Assembly: GCA_951406725.2 (NCBI GenBank)
Contig: OX597817.1
Coordinates: 141,546,001 to 141,610,000 of the forward strand
DNA length: 64,000 nucleotides
Origin: Octopus vulgaris
Lineage: Eukaryota
Direction: 5' to 3'
Position 1 is the first letter of the stretch; the number at the start of each line of letters is the position of its first letter. The notes under the pieces were generated by a model. It saw nothing but the letters and a program-made list of their open reading frames with translations. It was not told where the DNA came from and did no database searches. Made by a program: the position numbers and the translations under genes. Of this stretch, positions 40,690-54,405 are shown in pieces.

Positions 40690-41226
40690 TGTACGGCTAT
40701 ACCGCGAAAACTGAATCACCCCAGAGGGCATTCACTAAACGAATTAAGGGTATGACTGATCTCGATTACTGGGATCGCCTTAAAGTCTTGAAACTCTACT
40801 CTCTCCAGCGCTGCCGCGAGTGGTGCATCATTTGCACGATGTGGAGAATATACCGCCAGCACTGCCCACACGACCTGAACATTAGTTTCAAGGTTCATCT
40901 AAGGCTAGGACCGCGAGCCATACGTCCGCTACCGAAATTCAGGATCACAACATATGGGTACCCTGTGACACAATTTCTTTTCTTCAACATTTCCTACCCT
41001 ATTTAACATCGTCCCAAAACTGATCAAAGAGGAAAAGAATCCTATCACATTTGAACGAAATCTGGACATATTTCTTCAAGGAATACCAGATAAGCTACCT
41101 ATACCCAAGAACTCCCTACTTAAATGGACCACGATACCACAAAACTTGACTTTAAAAGGATTTAGATAATCCTATCAGGTGGTGCTATTAAGTCAGACAT
41201 GGCCTGGACCAATCTTTGGTCGAAAC
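40690..41226 (+). mobile_element. 5'-truncated CR1/L2-group LINE 3' end; duplicate at 45137-45673
   Basis: [36 protein letters not shown] fits the C-terminal E.VQR.ATK.I......Y.ERL..L.L.SL..RR motif. Confidence 0.88.
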
Positions 41227-41949
41227 ATATATATACACATATATATGTATATATGCATGGAAAAGCATACATACATGCACATAGAAACACACACACCTTT
41301 ATATATGCATACACCCTACATTTATATATACCTGAATGTCTGTCACCATTCTATGTTGTCTCTAAAAGGAGACGTAATATTGTGCAATGCCTTTCTGTGC
41401 ATTAAACAATAATATCTTTACTTTTAGTGACAACATAAAACGGCGATGCATCTACAAATGTAGGATATACACATATCCATAAGTATGTCTCTTTCTTTGT
41501 GCATGTATATGCGCGTTTAGATGCGTATATACATATTTTATTAACCCGGGTAAATAGCAGCTTCTTTTCTCGTTCTTTTGTTTATTTATCTGCTTTGTGT
41601 TTCTTCCTGTCTACAGTTATATCTTTCTGTCTATCTATCTAAACGGCTACCCCCATAATCACTTTATCTACCTCTAACTTACACAGCTTTTCCATCTTCT
41701 TTCTCTAGAATATTATTCACTGTTCCGAAGTTTACCTCTCTTCCCAGCCCCTGCTTTCATATACTCTGTCTGCCTGCTTGTCTGTCAGCTTGTCTGTCTC
41801 CGATTGTGTCTCTGTCTCTTTCTCCCCACCTCTCTCTTTCCTTTTATCTCATTCTCTTTTTCTCAGTCTATAATAATCTTTCCAGGTTGTTCCTTTAGTT
41901 GGAGTAAAGGTAAAAATTGAATTGAAGAAAATATATAAAGTTTTTTTTT

Positions 41950-42049
41950 NNNNNNNNNNNNNNNNNNNNNNNNNNNNNNNNNNNNNNNNNNNNNNNNNNN
42001 NNNNNNNNNNNNNNNNNNNNNNNNNNNNNNNNNNNNNNNNNNNNNNNNN
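41950..42049. other. Assembly gap (100 N)
   Basis: Directly visible. Confidence 1.
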
Positions 42050-42144
42050 TTTTCCCTTGTTGCATATGTTTGAGATATTTCTCAACATATGAAACTATTG
42101 GTCACACTTAAAGACATGTATTGTGTCTTTTAAATAATTTACAT

Positions 42145-42207
<63 letters not shown>

Positions 42208-42499
42208 ACAAACACACACATATATATTTCTAGTCTAAATTCTTATATACGTTTCAGCCTAAGGATGTAGCCATGCTGGAGCATCGCCAGTGTTATCATC
42301 TCTTCAATGGCCAATCTTATGTGATTGCCCTTCGGTGAAGGCGGGAGATCGGTACTGCTGCCTGTCTTTGAAAATTACAGTGTCGCCAAAACAATCGATA
42401 TAAGAACAGTATATATTAATAAAATAACACTCAAATTTATAGAAAGATATCATGCATACATACATGTGTGTGGTAGTACGTATATATATATATATATAT

Positions 42500-42562
<63 letters not shown>

Positions 42563-42616
42563 CACATATATATATATACATGAATACATGTATATACATA
42601 TATATATATATTATAC

Positions 42617-42656
<40 letters not shown>

Positions 42657-43922
42657 CTGAATATGTTTTCTGTGTGAATGTGGTTGTACTTTAGCACAAG
42701 GAGAATCAAAATCTGAATAATGTACGGCATGCGATTATTTTAGAGTGAATAAAATATATTCAGAAGAACGCCTGACACATTGCCATAAAAAATGGAAAGC
42801 CTTTGAAGTGTTCTATTTTTATAACGGAACATTTCAATTTGACATCAGCAGTTCCCTCTCTAATTCTTTATGTATATGTATTGCTCTCTCTCACTTTATG
42901 TATATGTTTATCTATATCTCCCTCTCCCCTCCCTGCCTCTGTCTCTCAGTTACACACACACACACACATATATATATATATGAACGTGTGCGTGTTTGTG
43001 TGTTTGCCTATTTGTTTTTATGCATATATATATGTATGCGTGTATTTTGCTAAAATCTTCAAAAGCGAAACTCTTGTTGTTGATTCTAGTGCGACGATGA
43101 GGAAATGTTACTTGTAATTTGCTTCCTCTGTCCACCGCAGACACTACATCCAATAACAACGAAATCCTTGCAGCTGCATTCTGAGGTATCCTGTTCCTCA
43201 CCGATGACATCACAATACAATCTTTCCAGGGATATAACAACCAATGATTTCAAGGAAATATTTACACAACATTTGCACTCCTTTAAATCTCCAAATGCCT
43301 CTCTCAATTTATCTGCGTCTACTAGCACCAAGGCATTGACTAACGCAATACTACACGCTTCATCCTTGACAACGCCGCTTTTGACTCGCTATTAGACTGT
43401 TATTTCCAGTTCTGCCTTCATTAGAAACCGTTTACATTGCAGACGTCTATAATATCCAACAGATTAGGTAACAAGATTTATCGTTATGTTAGGTATTTTT
43501 ACAAGAAAGCTCTACCGGTAACAAACGTATTTCTTCTAATTCATTGAATATTATTATTGTATTTGAAAAGGTGAATACTTCCAAAACATTAGTAAAAGAA
43601 TGCTAAAAGGCGTCACCTCACAAATCTAGCGTAACTCTTCGTCTGCGTTCTTCAAACGTTTCTTTAAAAGTAAACATTAATCATATTATGCATATATACA
43701 CATAGTTAATCATATTACGCATATATATACATCTCGGTGAGACCTAAGAGTATTGTAGGCGCAGGAGTGGCTGTGTGGTAAGTAGCTTGCTAACCAACCA
43801 CATGGTTCCTGGTTCAGTCCCACTGCGTGGCATCTTGGGCATGTGTCTTCTGCTATAGCCCCGGGCCGACCAATGCCGTGTGAGTGGATTTGGTAGACGG
43901 AAACTGAAAGAAGCCTGTCGTA

Positions 43923-43971
<49 letters not shown>

Positions 43972-44132
43972 TGATGGTGTCGGCTCTCCTGGTGACGTCT
44001 ATAGTCGCTTGGGCTAAATGCATCAGTAACACCCCCACCACCCCGCCCTGTCCCTAGCCACATTCAGATGGCTGGTCCCGCTTATATTACAGAGCAGTTA
44101 CTGTTTATACCTCGCTTAGAGATTTATTATTG

Positions 44133-44173
<41 letters not shown>

Positions 44174-45008
44174 GGGCGCGTGGCTTAGTGATTAGGGCAT
44201 TCGGCTCATGATCGTAAGGTTGTGAGTTCGATTCCCGGCGACGCGTTGTGTCCTTGAGCAAGACACTTTATTTCACGTTGCTCCAGTCCACTCAGCTGGC
44301 AAAAATGAGTTGTACTTGTATTTCAAAGGGTCAGCCTTGTCACTCTCTGTGTCACGCTGATTATCCCCGAGAACTACGTTAAGGGTACACGTGTCTGTGG
44401 AATGCTCAGCCATTTGCACGTTAATTTCACGAGCAAGCTGTTCCGTTGATCGTATCAGCTGGGACCCTCGTCGTCGTAACCGGCGGAGTCTTTTTAAGAG
44501 ATATATATATATATATGTGTATGTGTGTGTTTGTGTGTCTGTGTTTGTCACCCCAGCATTGCTTGACAACCGATGCTTGTGTGTTTACGTCCCCGTCACT
44601 TAGCGGTTCGGTAAAAGAGAACGATAGAATAAGTGCTGGGCTTACAAAGAATATGTCCTGGGGTCGATTTGCTCGACTAAAGGCGGTGCTCCAGCATGGC
44701 CGCAGTCAAATGACTGAAACAAGTAAAAGAGAGTAAAAGAGTAAAGAGAGAGTTACATATACACACACACGCACATGTATCTATCCAAATATCCATCTCG
44801 CCTCTCTCTTTCTCTGTCTCTCTGTCTCTCTCTGTCTCTCTCTCTCTCTCTATATATATATATTTATATATATACATATATATATACATATACACATACA
44901 CACACACATATTTATACATGGATAGATACATATGTATATAAATGTATATATATATATGGATAGATATATGTGTATATGTATATATATATATATATATGGA
45001 TAGATACA

Positions 45009-45077
<69 letters not shown>

Positions 45078-45086
45078 ATAGATACA

Positions 45087-45122
<36 letters not shown>

Positions 45123-47188
45123 CACATATACATATATGTACGGCTATACCGCGAAAACTGAATCACCCCAGAGGGCATTCACTAAACGAATTAAGGGTAT
45201 GACTGATCTCGATTACTGGGATCGCCTTAAAGTCTTGAAACTCTACTCTCTCCAGCGCTGCCGCGAGTGGTGCATCATTTGCACGATGTGGAGAATATAC
45301 CGCCAGCACTGCCCACACGACCTGAACATTAGTTTCAAGGTTCATCTAAGGCTAGGACCGCGAGCCATACGTCCGCTACCGAAATTCAGGATCACAACAT
45401 ATGGGTACCCTGTGACACAATTTCTTTTCTTCAACATTTCCTACCCTATTTAACATCGTCCCAAAACTGATCAAAGAGGAAAAGAATCCTATCACATTTG
45501 AACGAAATCTGGACATATTTCTTCAAGGAATACCAGATAAGCTACCTATACCCAAGAACTCCCTACTTAAATGGACCACGATACCACAAAACTTGACTTT
45601 AAAAGGATTTAGATAATCCTATCAGGTGGTGCTATTAAGTCAGACATGGCCTGGACCAATCTTTGGTCGAAACATATATATACACATATATATGTATATA
45701 TGCATGGAAAAGCATACATACATGCACATAGAAACACACACACCTTTATATATGCATACACCCTACATTTATATATACCTGAATGTCTGTCACCATTCTA
45801 TGTTGTCTCTAAAAGTAGACGTAATATTGTGCAATGCCTTTCTGTGCATTAAACAATAATATCTTTACTTTTAGTGACAACATAAAACGGCGATGCATCT
45901 ACAAATGTAGGATATACACATATCCATAAGTATGTCTCTTTCTTTGTGCATGTATATGCGCGTTTAGATGCGTATATACATATTTTATTAACCCGGGTAA
46001 ATAGCAGCTTCTTTTCTCGTTCTTTTGTTTATTTATCTGCTTTGTGTTTCTTCCTGTCTACAGTTATATCTTTCTGTCTATCTATCTAAACGGCTACCCC
46101 CATAATCACTTTATCTACCTCTAACTTACACAGCTTTTCCATCTTCTTTCTCTAGAATATTATTCACTGTTCCGAAGTTTACCTCTCTTCCCAGCCCCTG
46201 CTTTCATATACTCTGTCTGCCTGCTTGTCTGTCAGCTTGTCTGTCTCCGATTGTGTCTCTGTCTCTTTCTCCCCACCTCTCTCTTTCCTTTTATCTCATT
46301 CTCTTTTTCTCAGTCTATAATAATCTTTCCAGGTTGTTCCTTTAGTTGGAGTAAAGGTAAAAATTGAATTGAAGAAAATATATAAAGTTTTTTTTTTTCC
46401 ATTTTTGTTATTAGTTTTGAAAATATATATCTTAGTATTATTAAAAACACAAAACAAAGGAAAATAGTTTGTAATAGATTAAAATATTCTTTGAATTAAA
46501 ATACAAAACGTAACGGATACAAACAAAGAAATAAACGAAATCAGAGATTAAAACTTTAATTACAATGAGGATTAAGAATTCAGTTTAACTTAAATACGTT
46601 TATACAAATGGAAAACTGTACAAGAAGGACGCATAGATGTACAAAGTGTACTTTTACATTAACACAGCTCGTACAAAGGAGAACTAAGATGCCAAACGGC
46701 AGTTCTGTTGGCTTTCTATGCTTTGTGTTCAAATCTCACCAAGATCGACTATACTTTTTATCCTTTTGCGGTCACTAAAATAAACTACCAGTCATACCTT
46801 AGGGTCGATGTAATCAATTTGGCGTTATCCTTGAAAATTGTGAAATTTATCCATACAAAGTACCTGTGTTCTGTTCAGGGTGAATGATGTGAGCTCGGTC
46901 ACTTATACGCTATGAAAACAGGGTAACCATTCTTAAGAGCCGTATTGCTCAAGAAGAGTAAGAAGAAGGAGGAGGAGGACAAGAACAAAACTGGGAAAAG
47001 GCTGTGAGCCTAGGTATGAGAAGTGGTTAAATAAATATATTTACCTCTCATACTTCTAAACATTTTATGGTTTATATACGTCTCATAAAATAATTTTATC
47101 TATTGGATCTCCTGTGATCTGTTAGGCGAGTCCATTAGAGGAGATTTCTTTGATAGCCACACGATCCTATGAATCCATATATTACACT

Positions 47189-47268
<80 letters not shown>

Positions 47269-47643
47269 ATAGAAAAATAGATAGATAGTTCGATAGATAA
47301 ATAGATAGATAGATAGATAGATAAATAGACAGACAGACAGACTGATACATAGTAATAAAAAATATAATTTGCGAATGGAAATTTTTAGATTTTGTTATTG
47401 TATTGCGACATGAGTTTCTCCATCCCACATGGAGGACATTTTCACATCCATACGATATTATCAAATAATATTTATAATATTTATGAATCTTGAATAATCC
47501 TCCATCCCATGTTTATGCTTCCTTAGATTTTTACATTAAAGCTTTCTTTTACTAGTTCCATGTTTTCATTTAAAAAAATTTCTAATTTTACACCAATCAG
47601 CAATACCTAGCACTCTAGGGCATTTACTGCCAGAAAAATGAAA

Positions 47644-47701
<58 letters not shown>

Positions 47702-47705
<4 letters not shown>

Positions 47706-47750
47706 CGGTGCTCCAGCATGGCTGCAGTCAAATGACTGAACATGTAAAAG
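47702..47750 (+). mobile_element. Isolated ~50-nt family A/RTE 3' tail
   Basis: aaggcggtgctccagcatggctgcagtcaaatgactgaacatgtaaaag directly after (TA)n. Similar stubs on the minus strand at ~7668-7703 and ~37650-37700. Confidence 0.85.
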
Positions 47751-48355
47751 ACCACACACACATACACATATGTTAGAATATTAAGAGAAATTCTGTCTGT
47801 CTGTCTGGGGTCCCCTGTATCTCAGTCAAAATTTGCTCTACGTACACATATTATAACTTCTGGGGGTCTGCCCTTCATTTGGTTCTAGAACATCCAGTAT
47901 TGGGATCAGATTTAGAATCATTTAGGTTGCTATTTCTGTCAGGTAAAGCTTGGTTGATACCCGCCATCTTGGTTGGCGTTTGTTAGATGACGTCAGAGAT
48001 CAAAGGGGAGATAAATGATACTCGTTTCGTTAATTTTACGTTGAGATAAGGATTTTGGGACAACTTGGCCAACAGTTGGAATTCAACTTGGGAGAAGAAC
48101 AATAGAATGATTGCATTACAGAATTAATTTCCATCTGTCCTTAACCTCTGATCAAACACCACCGGGGCATATAATGCGTCATTATTGACGCATTATAGTC
48201 ATACTATTTAACTAGCATCAGTTTTGGGGCGCATGCGCGATTAGCCCACCGGAGGACTTTGCTCCTAAAAGTTTGCACAGACTTATATATATTTACAAGT
48301 TATATATTTAGAAATTATACACACACACATACGTATACGCGCACACACACACACA

Positions 48356-48432
<77 letters not shown>

Positions 48433-48575
48433 GAACGTGCGAATGCTGTAGACATGATATTCACACTTGCCGCCTCATTCATGCACACGCATGCACATAC
48501 ATATGAATGTGCAGGTGTATGATTACCTGTATTGCTATGTATGAACCGATGTGCATTTCTCCATATGCGTATTTG

Positions 48576-48607
<32 letters not shown>

Positions 48608-49780
48608 CGCGCATGTGTGCGTTTGTGCGTGCGTGTGTGTATTATGAAATGTTACCTCGTGAAATCATCACCTTTGACTGTATGATGTCACAAAGCAAAT
48701 AATATGCCCAACTTGACAATATCGAGAACTGTACATAAGACTTAATAGTTGAATTATTAGAAGTCTCCTTACGCCACGATGCACTCACGATGGGATGCTT
48801 TCAATTGAATGATATAACTACAGACACTTTCTTATTCTCGCTTCATGACTCTTCGTTAAAGCATTTTGAAATTTTGAACATAAATGCATAATGAAGCGTT
48901 ATTTTTCCTTTCGTCTTTGAAGTTGGTTTGTAGTGACCCTCCTGTTTAACTTGGCTCGAGAAGAATTTGGCAGATAACTTCCACTGCTAAGAATGTACGC
49001 TTTCTGCATCGTTATGCACAACCTTCTCTATGTTTCATCATTACACATATTTTAATTCTTATTGCTTTCAAATAGCACGCTTGGTTGGATAAAAAGTTAT
49101 CGTATCAACCACTGAAATCGGTATTATTTGCTTGCCGTAGCATATCTGAAGAATTTAACAGCATTTTCCATTTTAGTTACGATTTTCAGTCATTTTGAGG
49201 CATAATACACATACGACACAAAAAAATCTTTATCCCGAATCTTCAAGAAACATCGTTCATTTGTTTTATAATAAAAAAAGCAAAGCAGTGGCTTCGCTGG
49301 GATTTTTTTTCCTAGTATTTGAGTCATCGCTTTAATAACTGCGCTATTAGTTACGACATCCGATGCTTGGCTATAATGCTAATACGAGCATGACAATAAT
49401 CTTTAATGCTGCCAAGTTTCCATAGATATTTTATAGATCTCTTAGTTACCGTTATTACCTAAACTAATAATGTGAATGTTTGTGAAGAGTTGAAGAGAAA
49501 TTCTATACATCCGGTAAGATTTATGTCGCTCCGTATTATGTTCGCTTTATCAGCATTTCAGTTAGGTACCACTGTCTTATGTGACTATTGTTTCACTAGA
49601 GACTGAATTAGCAAAGAAAGTGTTGCTTAAACTATCAAATAAAAATGTAAAGTTACTAAACCTACTTGTCAACACCGCAAAAGACATTAATTCTTACCTA
49701 TTATTACACCTGGCTACAAGCAGATACATGTTACAAACGACACATTAATCAGCAATTTCGAAATACTATTCACTCAGTAT

Positions 49781-49990
49781 GGAGGTGCAATGGCCCAGTG
49801 GTTAGGGCAGCGGTCTCGTGGTCGGAGGATCGCGGTTTCGATTCCCAGACCGGGCGTTGTGTGTGTTTATTGAGCGAAAACACCTAAAGCCCCACGAGTC
49901 TCCAGGAGGAGGTGGCGGCGACCCTTGTTCTACTCTTTCGCCACAACTTTCTCTCACTCTCTCTTCCTGTTTCTTGAGTAACGCTGCGAT
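49781..49990 (+). mobile_element. SINE family B, truncated at start of V-like tail
   Basis: Matches the 51339 copy up to cttgagtaacgctgcgat. Confidence 0.88.
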
Positions 49991-50304
49991 ATGCTTCACA
50001 TGGCAAAACAGGAGAAGGTGCGCTGGGAAAAAACCTACATAAACCAATTTTCTGGATAGCATCTGATTCACTATGCAAGAGCTCAAAAATCTGTGGGTGA
50101 AAGAAAGGGACAGAAAGAACATTAGGAATTCAGGAGAAAATTCACGATCCACCTAGTGGGTAAATAACAGACTAACTGACCGACTCACTAACTTACTGAC
50201 TTGCAAACAAACTACCTAAAGAATAACTAACAAATTAACAAACTAACTCATCAACTACCAAACTGAATAATTAATTGATTTTCTGACAAAGCATAAATTT
50301 CTGT

Positions 50305-50680
50305 GAGGCGCAATGGCCTAGGGGTTAGGGCAGCGGTCTTGCGGTCGCAGGATCGTGGTTTCGATTCTCAAGCCGGGCGTTAAGAATCTTTATTGAGCGC
50401 AAACACCTAAAACTCCACGAGGCTCCGGCAGGGGATGGTGGCGAACTCTGCTGTATGCTTTCGTCACAATTTTCTCTCACTCTTTCTTCCTGTTTCTGTT
50501 GTACCTGTATTTGAAAGGGACCAGCCTTGTTACACACAGTGTCATGCTGAATCTACCCAAGAACTATGTTAAGAGTACACGTGTCTGTGGAGTGCTCAGC
50601 CACTTGCACGATAATTTCACGAGAAGGCTATTCCGTTGATCGGATCAACTGGATCCCTCGTCGTCGTAACCGACGGTGTG
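50305..50680 (+). mobile_element. SINE family B (tail type 1)
   Basis: Collinear with the reverse complement of 16403-16784. Confidence 0.92.
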
Positions 50681-51338
50681 AGGCAACGATAAATTACTGT
50701 ACCAAACAATCCAACGCCATTAAGAGCATTTTTATTGAATGCAGCTACATAAATATAACATACTTTGCAAATTATTTACACGCGCTTTTTTTTTCATTTC
50801 TGAAACAAAAACTGAGGACGAAAACAATAGCGATAAAAATAGCGATTGTTGAATGTCGATAATATTTAAATATAATTGTGAGGATATTGTTGAACAAATA
50901 ACATTGAAATAAATCAATGGGGGCGATCACGACTAAGAGTACAGTGATATTGACAAGGAGAACAATGGTAATGATTGTGAAGACAAGGAGGAGGCCGAAG
51001 AAGAATAGAGTGACAAGGAGATTAGAGAGTATTGATGGCCACGTCTATAGTGGTGATGTTCGTAACAATTCGAAACTTACAAAATTCTTCCAGAAATTCT
51101 ATATTAATAATTAAATTAGAAAATAGAATTTCTTTTGTCAATGAGAGCCTGTAATATTTGGCATCTCAATACATTGGACGCTCTTCTCTGACCTTGCAAA
51201 TAATTTATTTGGTAAATATTCTAAAATACTTTATGTTAGTAATGAGTCGTTTTCTGCTCGGTGAACAGCAGAGTCGGAAGGAAAACCTGTTTAAAACTTT
51301 CGGGGTGATTCGAATTTCAATATGACAATTGCTGTTCT

Positions 51339-51653
51339 GGAGGCGCGATGGCCCAGTGGTTATGGCAGCGGACTCGCGGTCGGAGGATTATGGTTTCGGT
51401 TCCCAGGCCGGTGGTTTGTGTGGGTTTATTGAGCGAAAACACGTAAAACTCCACGAGGCTCCGGCAGGGGGTGGTGGCGACCCCTGTTGTACTCTTTCGC
51501 CACAGCTTTCTCTCACTCTCTCTTCCCGTTTCTTGAGTAACGCTGCGATGGACTGGCGTCCCGTCTAGCTGGGGGAAACACATACGCCACAGAAACCGGG
51601 AACCCGGGCCCATGAGCCTGGCTAGGCTTGAAAAGGGCGACGAAAAGAAAAGA
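51339..51653 (+). mobile_element. SINE family B with V-domain-like tail
   Basis: ctgcgatggactggcgtcccgtc...agaaaccggg; 12-bp TSD aattgctgttct at 51327-51338 and 51654-51665. Confidence 0.93.
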
Positions 51654-52564
51654 AATTGCTGTTCTATTTCGTCAGGGAACAACTTCTCTCTTCACGCGAA
51701 CGTGTGTTTACATTCGATTCACTGGAGGCAAGAGGACTTGTGTTTCCTCAGACAAATCTAACACGGACCAATGAATCTAACAAGATTTGTGCTTATAGTT
51801 TTTTATGCTCTGGGCTAGCTTAGGCCGAGTGTACACACACACAACTAGGCTAAAATCTAGTGCCACAAGATCACCTTACTCCAATGCACAGATTTGTCTG
51901 AATGGAGAGGTTGTTCTCCGTTGACGAAACACAACAGCGGTTATTATATTCACCTTGGAAACGTGAGAGGGCGAGAGAAATTCATGATTCTTGTACAGTA
52001 GGCAGTAAAGCAGAAATTATTTCTGCCTTTTTTTTTTATTCCTCAGTGTTTTTTTTTGTTTCTTTTTATTCATTTTCCGCAAAGTATTGCCTGGAGAATA
52101 TTCACGTCAATAGTTCCAGTAAGAATGGCGCAAAGCTTTAAGTGCTGAAGAAATATAGGAAAATTCCTGCCACTCTTGCAGCTGTTGATTCTTGATATAA
52201 ACAGCAATAACTGTCAAGGACTATTATGTAATATTGATATTAGCTAAGGAACCACAATTCAATACATTGATGGGTCGTCATAAAATAGGGAAAGATTAAC
52301 AAACTTTGAATATTGTACTTTCCAATAAATATAAATTTCTCCTTAATATATCGTTTAAAAGGTATTGAGTATTTATGGAATTTGATGAATCATATTTTCA
52401 ACAAAAGGTAAAATGGAAATAAAAGTAGAGTACAAGTAAACAGTTATACAGTTTGAGAAAATAATTTTTGAGAGGATGTAGGAAAATAGATATCTTAACA
52501 CTCAAACAGGCGTTAGTGTACAGATCAGCTTTTTTCAACGATCTCGTTTATTGCGCGTTAAATA

Positions 52565-52796
52565 CAGGGTATTCAAAATGTCTATCCGCAGTACGCATTT
52601 AATGGTTTTCGGGTGATACTTTTACAATGATCCTTTACTTAATCCCCAGAAAAAAATTTTGGCGGTGTTAAATTACCAAGGTGGTCATGGTTGTCAAAGT
52701 CCCTTCGTTCACCGAAAACCTCATTAAGTAGCGCTGTGATGATGCGCTGGGTGAAGAAAAACAAAAGCCCTGCGGAGAGACGTTTTGGACACCCTG
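52565..52796. mobile_element. Tc1/mariner-type MITE
   Basis: 27-bp imperfect TIRs cagggtattcaaaatgtctatccgcag / ctgcggagagacgttttggacaccctg, with TA on both sides. Confidence 0.88.
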
Positions 52797-53055
52797 TATA
52801 TTTCGTGGGTTAAAGGCACAATGTTTACAATATCAAATTAGGTTCAGATGTTATATATAATAGATGGATAGATAGTTATTCGATTAAATCGAGCGCAGTA
52901 ATGAAGTGGTACTTTATTTTAACTGCCCCAGGAAGAATGAAAGTCACACCTAACTTAGATCGGATTTGAACACTAAATCTAACAGGCCGTATTTTAATAC
53001 CCAGAGCAATTTGTCCATTGCTCTAAATATTCTTGCAATATAAGACTAATAATAA

Positions 53056-53467
53056 TACTCTTTTACTCTTTTATTTGTTTCAGTCATTTGATTGTGGCCA
53101 TGCTGGAGCACCGCCTTTAGTCGAGCAAATCGACCCTAGGGCTTATTCTTTGTAAGCCTAGTAGTTATTCTATCGGTCTCTTTTTCTCAACCGCTAAGTT
53201 ACGGCGACGTAAACACACCAGCATCGGTTGCCAAGCGATGTTGGGGGGGGGGGACACAGACATACAAAGATATACACACACTTACATATATATATACATA
53301 TATACGACGGGCTTCTTTCAGTTTCTGTCTACCAAATCCACTCACAAGGCTTTGTTCGGCCCGAGGCTATAGTAGAAGACACTTGCCCAAGGTGCCACGC
53401 AGTGGGATTGAACCCGGAACCATGTGGTTCGTAAGCAAACTACTTACCACACATCCACTCCAACGCC
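53056..53467 (-). mobile_element. SINE family A, full length
   Basis: Collinear with 12708-13187. Confidence 0.93.
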
Positions 53468-54182
53468 TAAATCTCTTGAAAAGTATACAGAGATTCATAA
53501 GCGCATGATTTAAACCAAGAGATATGCATTGTGAGTCATATGGATGATAAAATCTATGTTTTAGGAAGAGGAATGCTTGTACAGTTCGACGGATAATTCA
53601 AGGTATATTTTCAATGAATCGAAGTGTGTAAAGTGAAGAAATATTTGACGTTGTTTACAATTCAATTGTTTATAAGGTCGCAGCTGAACGATTTAACTAG
53701 CGTTAACCTTGACAGAGAGGAAGAGCTGACTAGTTCAACTGAGCATATAAAATATGTGCATATAAAAACTGACATTTATCATAGCAATGGCTTGCTATAT
53801 AATATACTGTGACACTATGTGACATGATATATAGCAGTGTGTTATGTTATACTTTTATATATTATGGAACAATGATCTTAAATGTAGTGTTACAAATGGC
53901 GCGCCCATACATATATGATTGACGTGATATGTACTGTTATATTACGAGGTTGCATTTTATTATATATTAGACTATATTATTCGTTAATCAAAACGCTCTG
54001 CGCGGGCAGAATTGATAGTGCATCGAACAAAATGTTTAATGGCATTTCGTCCGGCTTTGTTCAAATGTCATCGAGGTTGAGTTTGTTTTTCCGTCCTTTC
54101 AGATTCAATGTACTAGGCTTAATCCGGCCCGTAAGAATTGCTACCTTTGAGCCAAACTTTAAAACCGTTTATCAATAATATT

Positions 54183-54405
54183 GGCGGTGAACTGACAGAA
54201 TTGTGAGAGAATAGGGATCATCGGAAAATACAACTGTTCCGTTATATTCTGTCGTTTTGTGGTCTGAGATCAAATCCGCAGAAATCAGCTTTCTTTTATC
54301 CTTCCCGGATCAGTAAAATAAAGTACCAGTTAAGTACTAGGGTGAGAATAATCGACTGAACTTCTCGTATCAAAATTGCTTATTGCTGGCATTGTGCCTT
54401 AACAG
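54183..54405 (+). mobile_element. Old degraded SINE family C; further relics at ~46690-46850, ~52880-53040 and ~54000-54160
   Basis: ggcggtgaactgacagaattgt...ctgagatcaaatccg...taaaataaagtaccagt. Confidence 0.6.
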
